Positions 56,493 to 64,000 of a DNA stretch of 64,000 nucleotides are shown here, piece after piece; the stretch's first letter is position 1, and the number at the start of each line of letters is the position of its first letter. Location: the sequence record SRR20825006_1228; one strand, written 5' to 3'. A model generated the notes under the pieces. It saw nothing but the letters and a program-made list of their open reading frames with translations. It was not told the origin of the DNA and searched no databases. The translations under genes and the position numbers were made by a program.

Positions 56493-59400
56493 TCAATGAA
56501 AATCCCTGCTTCGCGGGATCACTCGTACATTGCGGGGGTGTTGACCGCTTGTCCGTTGTGTTGGGCCCTTGCGTTCGGGAATTGGGCGTGTGACCTCGTC
56601 GGCGCGGTCGAGAACCCTTTTCAACGGATCATCTCCAATATCCTCTGACAGGTGAACAAGGTCTCCCGTCCGGTCTATCAACTGGTTCGCCACGATGTGG
56701 GTAACATTGTCGGCGGTTTGAACGCGGCCCTTCACCATCAAGACACGCGCACCCATCACGACTGGCCGAAAGCGTTCGAACACGTTCGGCCAGACAACCA
56801 GATTGGCGATGCCGGTCTCGTCCTCAATGGTGATGAAACAGACCCCGCTGGCCGAACCCGGGCGTTGACGCACCAGTACGACACCTGCCGTTTGAACCCG
56901 TGCACCATTTGGCAAATGGCACGCCTCCTGCGTTGAGACGACGCCCATCCTGTTATAGCCCGCTCTCAGAAAGGAGACCGGATGGTCCTTCAATGAGAGG
57001 CGGGTCGTTTGGTAATCCTGCAGGACTTGTTCTGAGCGCGGCATGAGGGGGAGTATTGGCACCTGTTCGGCTCCCTGTTCTGCCGCATCAGCTGCAGCGA
57101 ACAGGGGCAGCGTGTTGCCGCTGGTTTCGCCACGTACGCTCCATAGGGCCTCGCGCCGGCTAAGCTGCATTGAGCCGAATGCATCTGCTGCGGCGAGTAG
57201 TTCAAGCGACCGGCGGCTGACTCTTGCTCGTCGGCGAATATCTTCTGGGTGGTCGTAGGCATTGCCCCGGGCAATCATCATCGCTTCCATCTCGTCTTCG
57301 CGCAGACCGTCCACCTGTCTGAAACCGAGACGAACAGCACAATATGTCCCGTCCGTTGGTTCCAGCGTATTGTTCCAATCCGAAAGATTCACATCCACGG
57401 GACGGATTTCCACGCCATGCTCGCGGGCATCCCGCACAATCTGCGCGGGCGCATAGAAGCCCATGGGCTGGCTGTTCAGCAGCGCTGCGCAGAAAACATC
57501 CGGATGATGCCGCTTTAGCCAGCTCGAGACGTAAACAAGGTGGGCAAAGGAAGCGGCATGGCTTTCTGGAAATCCATACTCGCCGAAGCCCTTCACCTGG
57601 TCGAAGCATCGTGCCGCGAAGGTCGCATCATAGCCGCGCGCGATCATACGCTCGACCATCATGTCCTGATAGTTGCCAATCGTCCCCATTTTGCGGAAAG
57701 TGGCCATCGCCCGGCGCAGACCATTGGCTTCATCGGCTGAGAACTTTGCAGCATCCATGGCAATCTGCATCGCCTGCTCCTGAAACAAGGGCACGCCCAG
57801 CGTGCGGCTGAGGATGCGTTCGAGTTCATCTGGCGGTCCATGCTCAGGTGCCGGTGAAGGATAAGTTATGGTTTCAAGGCCTTTCCGGCGACGCAGATAG
57901 GGATGCACCATATCACCCTGAATGGGGCCGGGCCGGACGATCGCGACCTCGATTACAAGGTCATAGAAAGTACGTGGCCGCAGGCGCGGCAGCATGTTCA
58001 TCTGTGCCCGGCTTTCCACCTGAAATACACCGAGGCTGTCACCTTCGCAGAGCATCTCATACGTGGCCTCATTATCCTGTGGGATGGTGGCGAGTGTATA
58101 CTCCAACCCCTTGTGCAGCTGAAGCAGGTCAAATGCCTTCCGGATACAGGTCAGCATGCCGAGGGCCAGAATATCCACCTTCATGATACCGAGGGCATTA
58201 ATATCGTCCTTGTCCCATTCAATGAAAGTGCGCTCGTCCATGGCGGCATTGCCGATGGGGACTGTCTCGACCAAGGGTCCGCGCGTCAGAACAAAGCCGC
58301 CGACATGCTGTGACAGGTGCCGCGGGAAACCAATCAGCTGCTGGGTGAGCAGAATGGCCAGGCGGATCATTGGATTGGCCGGGTCGAGCCCGGCCTGGCG
58401 GATCTGATCTGGATTGATGGCGCTGCTCCAACTACCCCAGACCGTTCCGGCGAGGGCGGCGGATATATCTTCGGTCAGGCCGAGCGCCTTGCAGACCTCC
58501 CGCACGGCCGAGCGCGGTCGATAGGAAATCACCGTGGCGGTCAGGGCCGCCTTGTGTCGGCCATAGCGATTGTAGACATACTGAATGACTTCCTCGCGGC
58601 GCTCATGTTCAAAATCGACATCGATATCCGGTGGCTCTTTGCGTTCCTTTGACAGGAATCGTTCGAACAGGAGGCTGGTCAGGGCCGGGTCTACATTGGT
58701 GATTCCTATACAATAGCAAACTGCCGAATTCGCTGCGGAGCCACGCCCCTGGCATAGGATGTCCTGCTCGCGTGCCCAAGCCACGATATCGTTCACGGTC
58801 AGGAAATAGCGCGCATAATCCAGCTCCTCGATCAGGGCGAGCTCCTTGTTGAGGGCGGCGCTGACTTTGCCTGGAATGCCATCCGGATAGCGCCATTGCG
58901 CGCCTTTCCAGGTGAGGTCATGAAGGTGTTCCTGCGGTGTCTTTCCCACCGGGACAGGTTCGTCGGGATACTCGTAGGAAAGCTCATCTAGGCTGAAGTT
59001 GCAGCGCTCTGCGATCTCGACGGTTCGATGCAAGGCTGGCTCGAACCCTTTGAAAAGTCGAGCCATTTCGTCTGGTGATTTCAAATGACGTTCAGCATTG
59101 GCCTCCAGTCGGTAGCCTGCTTGCTCTATCGTGCAGTGCGTGCGGATGCAGGTGAGCACGTCCTGCAGCGGGCGGCGTTCCGGGGTATGGTAGAGCACGT
59201 CATTTGTCGCCACGATCGGTACACCCTGCCAGGCGCAAAAATCGGCGAGGCGGGCAATCCGTTCCCGATTACGGCCATGATAGGCATAGCTGGCCGCCAC
59301 ATAGACGTTGCCTGGCGCGCGTGCCGCGAACCGTTCCAGGACTTCGGCAAAGGTCGTGTCTAACTTGTCCGGCGGCTGGAAAATGAAGACCTGTCCTTCG

Positions 59401-59747
59401 GCATGGGCAAGAATGTTTTCCAGCGTGATCAGGCAGTCGCCTTTTTCCGCTTGCAATTTACCGGCCGATAAAAGGTGCGAAAGGTGCCCATAAGCTGTCC
59501 GGTTCTTTGGATAGCAAATCACTTCCGGGCCGTCCGTCGGCACGAGGCGCGCACCGACGAGGAGAGGCAGGCCGGCTTCTTTTGCCGCGATATGGGCGCG
59601 CACGACACCGGCAAGCGTATTATGGTCTGCAACACCGATGGCGACATGCCCCAATTGTTTGGCGGTCAGGACGAGTTCTTCTGCATGTGAGGCACCGTGC
59701 AAAAAAGAAAAATTCGTCGTAGTAGAGAGTTCGGCATAGTCGGTCAT
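56493..59747 (-). CDS. dnaE2: Error-prone DNA polymerase DnaE2 (ImuC)
   Basis: YAELSTTTNFSFL, GRGSAANS, PPDIDVDFEH, YGFPESHA, LLNSQPMGFY and C-terminal SRDFH. ATG overlaps the imuB stop. Confidence 0.97.
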   Translation of the reverse strand: MTDYAELSTTTNFSFLHGASHAEELVLTAKQLGHVAIGVADHNTLAGVVRAHIAAKEAGLPLLVGARLVPTDGPEVICYPKNRTAYGHLSHLLSAGKLQAEKGDCLITLENILAHAEGQVFIFQPPDKLDTTFAEVLERFAARAPGNVYVAASYAYHGRNRERIARLADFCAWQGVPIVATNDVLYHTPERRPLQDVLTCIRTHCTIEQAGYRLEANAERHLKSPDEMARLFKGFEPALHRTVEIAERCNFSLDELSYEYPDEPVPVGKTPQEHLHDLTWKGAQWRYPDGIPGKVSAALNKELALIEELDYARYFLTVNDIVAWAREQDILCQGRGSAANSAVCYCIGITNVDPALTSLLFERFLSKERKEPPDIDVDFEHERREEVIQYVYNRYGRHKAALTATVISYRPRSAVREVCKALGLTEDISAALAGTVWGSWSSAINPDQIRQAGLDPANPMIRLAILLTQQLIGFPRHLSQHVGGFVLTRGPLVETVPIGNAAMDERTFIEWDKDDINALGIMKVDILALGMLTCIRKAFDLLQLHKGLEYTLATIPQDNEATYEMLCEGDSLGVFQVESRAQMNMLPRLRPRTFYDLVIEVAIVRPGPIQGDMVHPYLRRRKGLETITYPSPAPEHGPPDELERILSRTLGVPLFQEQAMQIAMDAAKFSADEANGLRRAMATFRKMGTIGNYQDMMVERMIARGYDATFAARCFDQVKGFGEYGFPESHAASFAHLVYVSSWLKRHHPDVFCAALLNSQPMGFYAPAQIVRDAREHGVEIRPVDVNLSDWNNTLEPTDGTYCAVRLGFRQVDGLREDEMEAMMIARGNAYDHPEDIRRRARVSRRSLELLAAADAFGSMQLSRREALWSVRGETSGNTLPLFAAADAAEQGAEQVPILPLMPRSEQVLQDYQTTRLSLKDHPVSFLRAGYNRMGVVSTQEACHLPNGARVQTAGVVLVRQRPGSASGVCFITIEDETGIANLVVWPNVFERFRPVVMGARVLMVKGRVQTADNVTHIVANQLIDRTGDLVHLSEDIGDDPLKRVLDRADEVTRPIPERKGPTQRTSGQHPRNVRVIPRSRDFH

Positions 59748-61468
59748 GCGAAGAGGCCGTGTACATACCATTCGGGCGCGCCGCCACGCCCATCGCCATA
59801 AAGTCCTTCGCGGAACAGCCAATAACGCCGCCCCGCCGCGTCCTCTACACGGTAATAGTCCCGCGCGCGCGGGAGGAGCTTTACCGGTCCGGATGGGGCA
59901 TCCAGCATGGCCTCGAGATCTGCGCGCACATGCGCGATCTGGGCAGCATCGGCACGCGGGTCCATTTTGGGGGTGAGCCATTGGCGGGCCTGGCCTCTCA
60001 GCGCTGGTGGGGGCTGTGGCACGGCAATATGGGTCCACCATTCCGGAGCGATCCGTTCAGGTCCGTCGGCCCGCGTCACTGTACGCGGTACGCGACGCCA
60101 GATGAAGCGCAGCGGCGGGCCGTCCGGCACTTCGGCCATGACTGTGATGCGTTCCGGTGAGGACAGGAGGCGAATGGGGCGCGGTCCGGCAGCCGTGCTG
60201 TGGGTGGCGAGGACCGGGACATCGCCGATGAACTGCACTTGCCGTTCGGCGCGTTCCGGCACATGACTCTCTCGTGGTTGGACAAGGCTTACGGTGTGTT
60301 CGCCCAGCCGGGCCATGATCCGGTCGGCCAGCGCGGACAGGGCGGCAGTGTTCATGTCCGTCGAGGCGAGGTCGCCCGACAGCGCCATGGGGCTGGTCTC
60401 CATCCTGTCCGTGCGATGGGCTTCGAGCAGAAGCAGGTCGATACCAAAGCCGGGGTCAATCGAATCGATCCGTTCACGAAACAGGCGGAGAATGTGTTTC
60501 GGCTCACGCGCAGGGCGGGCGGTCTTCACTTCCAGTTCAGCGCGTGTACCGTCAGACTTGATAGCCATGAGCAGAAAGTGCCGCGCGCCGAGACCAGCCG
60601 CACCGAGGGCCTCACACAGATCCTGCGCCAGTTGTTCGAGGCCAATTCCGATGGCTTCGCTGGTGGCAATCGGTTCCGGACAGTTCAACCGGGCGGATCG
60701 GATCGGCAGGGGACGCAGGGGCGCCAGTGGTTCATGGCGCAGGCCCAGGGCCTGGTCGAGCCTTAGGAGTACCGCATCGGCGGCGGATCTTGACTGGAAG
60801 CGCCGCCCCAGAGCTTTACGATCGATGCCGTAAAGCTGGCCGATCCGCGTGAGGCCGAAGCGGCGCAGCAGGGTTTCGGCGTCAGGCGACAGGCGCAGGG
60901 CTGCGACGGGAAGTTCGGCAAGGCCAGCCTGTTCTTCGCCTTCTTTCAGGCAGGTGCCCGGCGCGGCACGGGACAGAGCGGAGGCTGCGCCCGGCGTGCC
61001 GGCAAGGCCCAGCCTGTGCGGGATGGCATTGCGCTCCAGCAGATCGGATAGTGTCTCCATCATGGCCAGTTCGCCGCCATAGAGGTGTTCGCACCCCGTG
61101 GTCTCCAGGATGAGGCCGTCAGTGCCATCGATCGCGATCAGCGGCGTAAACCGGATCATCCAGTCGCCAAGTGCGGACAGGGCACGGATGTCGGCGACCG
61201 GGTCCATGTCCTCGGTAACAAGGTTGGGCACGCGGGCCCGTGCATCGGTGAAGACCAACCCCTCTGTTATGCCAAGCTGACGGGCAGGGTCATTGGCAGC
61301 GGCGATGCGCAGACCCTTGGTGCTGTTTTCAAGCAGGGCAAAGGGCAGGTGGGGATCAGGCGGTTTGCCGGAGGCCGGGCGGGCCGATCCGGTCCTGAGG
61401 CCGCGGCGAGCGCGCCGGAGCCGGGTCAGCGGCCAGTCCGGAAACCACACGCAAAGATAGCGTTTCAT
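59744..61468 (-). CDS. imuB: ImuB, Y-family polymerase-like protein
   Basis: LPVAALRL, DPGFGID, RPIRLL, GPERIAPEWW, RDYYRVED..G.RYWL and WYVHGLFA. Confidence 0.94.
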   Translation of the reverse strand: MKRYLCVWFPDWPLTRLRRARRGLRTGSARPASGKPPDPHLPFALLENSTKGLRIAAANDPARQLGITEGLVFTDARARVPNLVTEDMDPVADIRALSALGDWMIRFTPLIAIDGTDGLILETTGCEHLYGGELAMMETLSDLLERNAIPHRLGLAGTPGAASALSRAAPGTCLKEGEEQAGLAELPVAALRLSPDAETLLRRFGLTRIGQLYGIDRKALGRRFQSRSAADAVLLRLDQALGLRHEPLAPLRPLPIRSARLNCPEPIATSEAIGIGLEQLAQDLCEALGAAGLGARHFLLMAIKSDGTRAELEVKTARPAREPKHILRLFRERIDSIDPGFGIDLLLLEAHRTDRMETSPMALSGDLASTDMNTAALSALADRIMARLGEHTVSLVQPRESHVPERAERQVQFIGDVPVLATHSTAAGPRPIRLLSSPERITVMAEVPDGPPLRFIWRRVPRTVTRADGPERIAPEWWTHIAVPQPPPALRGQARQWLTPKMDPRADAAQIAHVRADLEAMLDAPSGPVKLLPRARDYYRVEDAAGRRYWLFREGLYGDGRGGAPEWYVHGLFA

Positions 61469-62096
61469 CGTCAAGCTCCAGATCAAAGGATTGTCCTGCC
61501 ATGTGCGGGGCCTGGCGGGACCGTTCGAGCACAGCCTTCCAGCGGAGCGCTCCGGGGGCATGCGTGTCATAACGGTTGGGGGATGAGGGACGGGGGGAAA
61601 GACGCCACCGGGCATTGGCAGCGGTGGCGCCGTCCCGCGTATAGGGCATCAACAGGATGACCGGCGTGCCATGCCGCCCGGATACAAGTGCGAGACGGCG
61701 CGAGGCGGTGAAACTGGCATCCTCCAATTCTGCAATCACCAGTGAGGCCACACCGGAGCGGATGGCTTCTTCGGTGGCCCAGAGAGCTTCTGCAGGCTTG
61801 CGCGGGGTGATGTTCAGGCTTGGGGGCAGGTCCGGGGCGACTTCTCGGCAGCCAGCCTGAAGGAGGCCGCCATGGGCCTGTTTCAGGCTGGACTGGCGGA
61901 TCCAGATAACAGGGCCCTTGCGACGTGTGCGTGCCGCGAGCGCAAAGCCGGTCATCGCCGGAAAGTCCCCGTGTGAGGCCTCGCAGATCTCATGGACACC
62001 TGCCTCTCCCAGACCGAGTGGAAAAGACAGGCTCGGCTGCTGCTGAGGCGGGAAGCTATGAAACGCGTCCTTCAGGGAAGATGGGATTGAGGCCAT
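61356..62096 (-). CDS. imuA: ImuA (RecA-like)
   Basis: GVHEI, ALWATEEAIRSG, FTASRRLAL and ARWR. First gene of the cassette. Confidence 0.9.
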   Translation of the reverse strand: MASIPSSLKDAFHSFPPQQQPSLSFPLGLGEAGVHEICEASHGDFPAMTGFALAARTRRKGPVIWIRQSSLKQAHGGLLQAGCREVAPDLPPSLNITPRKPAEALWATEEAIRSGVASLVIAELEDASFTASRRLALVSGRHGTPVILLMPYTRDGATAANARWRLSPRPSSPNRYDTHAPGALRWKAVLERSRQAPHMAGQSFDLELDDETLSLRVVSGLAADPAPARSPRPQDRIGPPGLRQTA

Positions 62097-62098
62097 TT

Positions 62099-62113
62099 GT
62101 TCATTATTTGTTC
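62099..62113. promoter_or_regulatory. LexA (SOS) box, alphaproteobacterial type
   Basis: GTTC-ATTATTT-GTTC (GTTC-N7-GTTC), immediately upstream of the imuA ATG. Confidence 0.9.
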
Positions 62114-62287
62114 TTATCACATTGAGTCAACTGACTCCGTCGAGCAGAAAGGATTTCAACAGGTACAGTGGCGGTTTCTGACGGACTTGTCCTGTAATGG
62201 ATTATTCAGGACGAGGTTGGCCAAGCCGTAGCAGAAAGATCTGTGGAGCAGTGCTGACGCTGGCGACAAATGCCCGCGTGTCGGCCG

Positions 62288-62950
62288 TCAGGTATGTGTG
62301 AAAACAAGAAGCAGCAGGATCGGCAAGGCAAAGCCCGCAATCGTAAGTGGCCATGTGCTGGGGCGGCGCGTGGAATGCATCTGCAGCAACCAGAGCCCAG
62401 ACGCACAGAACAAGACAACTGCAATGGCGAACAGGTCGAGAAACAATGTCCAGGCGAAGCCAGTATTTCGGCCCTTGTGCAGGTCGTTGAGATAGGCGAC
62501 CGCGCCGCGACTGGTTTTTTCGAACATGACTTCGCCGGTCTCACGGTCAATGCTGATCCAGGCATCTCCACCGGGCCGGGGCAGGGTGATATACGCGTCA
62601 AAATCGGTCCATTCGACCGGGCGGCCTGTTGTATCAAAGCTCGTCTCAGATTTGAGATAGGTCGCGACCTCGGCGGGCAGGCCGGACTCGGCGCCAGTCT
62701 TCGCATGTTCATCCAGTAGCGTGACCAGCTGGCCTGGCAGGATGCTCTCGCCTTCGATGGTTCTTGGCTTTGAGGTAAGATCGCTGGCATGATTGAGCGT
62801 AATGCCAGTCGCCGCGAACAGCATCATGCCGACAAGACAGAGCGCGCCAGACATCCAGTGAACGGTTCGCACCTGACGCTTGATGAACATTTTCAAGGAT
62901 GCGCGTTTTGCGGGGGCGGTCTGGGAGAGGCTCATTCCGTCAGGGCTCAT
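62288..62950 (-). CDS. Small PepSY-associated TM helix protein
   Basis: VHWMSGALCLVGMMLFAATGITLNH, PRPGGDAW and LNDLHKGR. The start is at 62950 or 62935. Confidence 0.85.
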   Translation of the reverse strand: MSPDGMSLSQTAPAKRASLKMFIKRQVRTVHWMSGALCLVGMMLFAATGITLNHASDLTSKPRTIEGESILPGQLVTLLDEHAKTGAESGLPAEVATYLKSETSFDTTGRPVEWTDFDAYITLPRPGGDAWISIDRETGEVMFEKTSRGAVAYLNDLHKGRNTGFAWTLFLDLFAIAVVLFCASGLWLLQMHSTRRPSTWPLTIAGFALPILLLLVFTHT

Positions 62951-63024
62951 TATCTGTATTGCGCCGTCTGAAGTTCGGCGCGGTCTGGTGGAGTTTCGCC
63001 TCCTAACATGCGCGAATATGCGTC

Positions 63025-63063
63025 TGCAAGTCATTCTCAATGCGTGTGTGCAATTGACTTGCT
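63025..63063. promoter_or_regulatory. Two iron-regulator-like boxes
   Basis: TGCAA-GTCAT-TCTCA (63025-63039) and TGCAA-TTGAC-TTGCT (63049-63063). The second is identical over 14 nt to the box at 52110. Confidence 0.6.
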
Positions 63064-63115
63064 GCGGGCCTGTTGGTCTAGCCAAGGCGTATACGTTTCC
63101 TGACCAGGCATCTGA

Positions 63116-64000
63116 ATGCGCTACGCTCTTCTAGACTCATGTGATCCCGTCCGGGCCGCCACACTTTTCTATGGCGATGCGGCAACCCTCTGGCTCGATA
63201 GCGCGGATACCGATCACCCTTCATCACGCTGGTCATATCTCTGCATTGCACCAATCGCGACTTTGCAGGTTCGTGCGGAGGAGCTGTCACGCGGTGAGGA
63301 TGGCTTCGCAGACAGGGCGGACGAAGTAAGGGCCTGGATACGCAGCACCGAACGGCAGCGCATTGCGGAAGGTCCCCCGTTCCAAGGCGGCGCGGCGGGC
63401 TATGTTTCCTATGACGCTGCGCCACTCTTCCTTGAGCGATTCCAGTCGCGACACATGCCGCGCTCTGATTTGATTGAATTCAACTTGTACGACACGTTGC
63501 TGGCATTCGATCTTGAGGGTCAGAAGACTTGGGTCATGTCGGCCGGGCTGAGGGCGGCGAACGCAGAAGAGGATGACGCGCTGGCAGATGCGAAGATTGC
63601 GGAGGTGCTGACCCGTCTTGGCGACACGCGGCGCGCCCCGGATGTCGACGTGCCATTGGGCTGGTCACACCCGGATCAGGCTATTGATTATATTGCGGCC
63701 GTAAAGCGTACACAGGATTTTATTCTGGATGGCGACATTTATCAGGCCAACATTGCGCAGAATTGGGTAGCATCGCATTGCGACGTGTCGTCGGCTTTTT
63801 CCAACTATCTGCAGATGCGCGAGCGGACGCCTGCGCCCTTCGCGGCGTTCGGCCATTTTGAAGGGCGTGTTCTGGCAAGCGCATCGCCAGAGCGCTTGAT
63901 CTCCGCTTCGGCCACGGGGCGAGTCGTGGCGGAGCCGATCAAGGGAACCGTCAGACGCGAGGCTGACCTGATCGAGGACGATCTGGCGCAGGCAGGCCTG
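63116..64000 (+). CDS. pabB: Aminodeoxychorismate synthase component I (anthranilate synthase component I family), runs off the window end
   Basis: Hand translation: WLDSA..SRWSY, PFQGGAAGYVSYD, GDIYQANI, PAPFAAF, SASPERL and PIKGT. It is open to position 64000. Confidence 0.85.
   Translation, partial: MRYALLDSCDPVRAATLFYGDAATLWLDSADTDHPSSRWSYLCIAPIATLQVRAEELSRGEDGFADRADEVRAWIRSTERQRIAEGPPFQGGAAGYVSYDAAPLFLERFQSRHMPRSDLIEFNLYDTLLAFDLEGQKTWVMSAGLRAANAEEDDALADAKIAEVLTRLGDTRRAPDVDVPLGWSHPDQAIDYIAAVKRTQDFILDGDIYQANIAQNWVASHCDVSSAFSNYLQMRERTPAPFAAFGHFEGRVLASASPERLISASATGRVVAEPIKGTVRREADLIEDDLAQAGL

Noticed and set aside
59748-60041. N-terminal extension of dnaE2 in the ORF track (similar extensions for imuB, phnD, phnE, TSUP, PHP and the TBDRs)
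   Set aside because: Longest-ORF artefacts. Starts were reassigned using SD sites, signal peptides and stop/start overlaps.
61356-61468. 113-nt overlap between imuA and imuB
   Set aside because: Such overlap is common in alphaproteobacterial imu cassettes.
1-64000. CRISPR array, tRNA/rRNA, integrase or att site, phage or defence genes
   Set aside because: None was seen by eye. A covariance-model and repeat scan would be needed to exclude small RNAs.

Overview
Alphaproteobacterial DNA, plausibly Hyphomonadaceae/Caulobacterales. This is inferred from the alpha-type LexA box, the imuA-imuB-dnaE2 cassette and the many TonB-dependent receptors (TBDRs). Layout from left to right: (1) 1-3.9 kb is mobile-element debris: an internally deleted IS66 with intact ends and an 8-bp target duplication nested in an IS3 transposase, an Rhs remnant, and two IS6 remnants flanking a membrane ORF. 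(2) A membrane EAL phosphodiesterase, then a possible hairpin-gated 21-aa ORF and an RND efflux operon. (3) A ~23 kb catabolic cluster (12.6-35.5 kb) with an M20 hydrolase, three MFS permeases, a DODA-type dioxygenase, a formamidase-family enzyme, an AraC regulator fused to a complete formamidase-family domain, a second paralogous AraC, a Rieske oxygenase, a VOC protein, ribokinase, SDR, two TauD-family enzymes, ferredoxin, a RutA/RutB-like pair and a TBDR. Seven of its upstream regions share a GCGC-N7-CAAG-type box 54-80 nt before the start codon. (4) A NasT-like ANTAR regulator followed by a leader with three ANTAR-type hairpins, ahead of a TBDR, a TauE/SafE permease and a Tat-lipoprotein aminotransferase. 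(5) An organophosphorus-scavenging module (phnDCE, RpiR, HAD-IIA, TBDR, PhoD, PHP) with a shared ATTGA-N7-TCAAT palindrome. (6) An iron-uptake module, the imuA-imuB-dnaE2 cassette with its LexA box, a second PepSY-TM gene and the 5' part of pabB. The best candidates for undescribed systems are (3) and (4). All family assignments were made by eye from motifs. No database searches were run.
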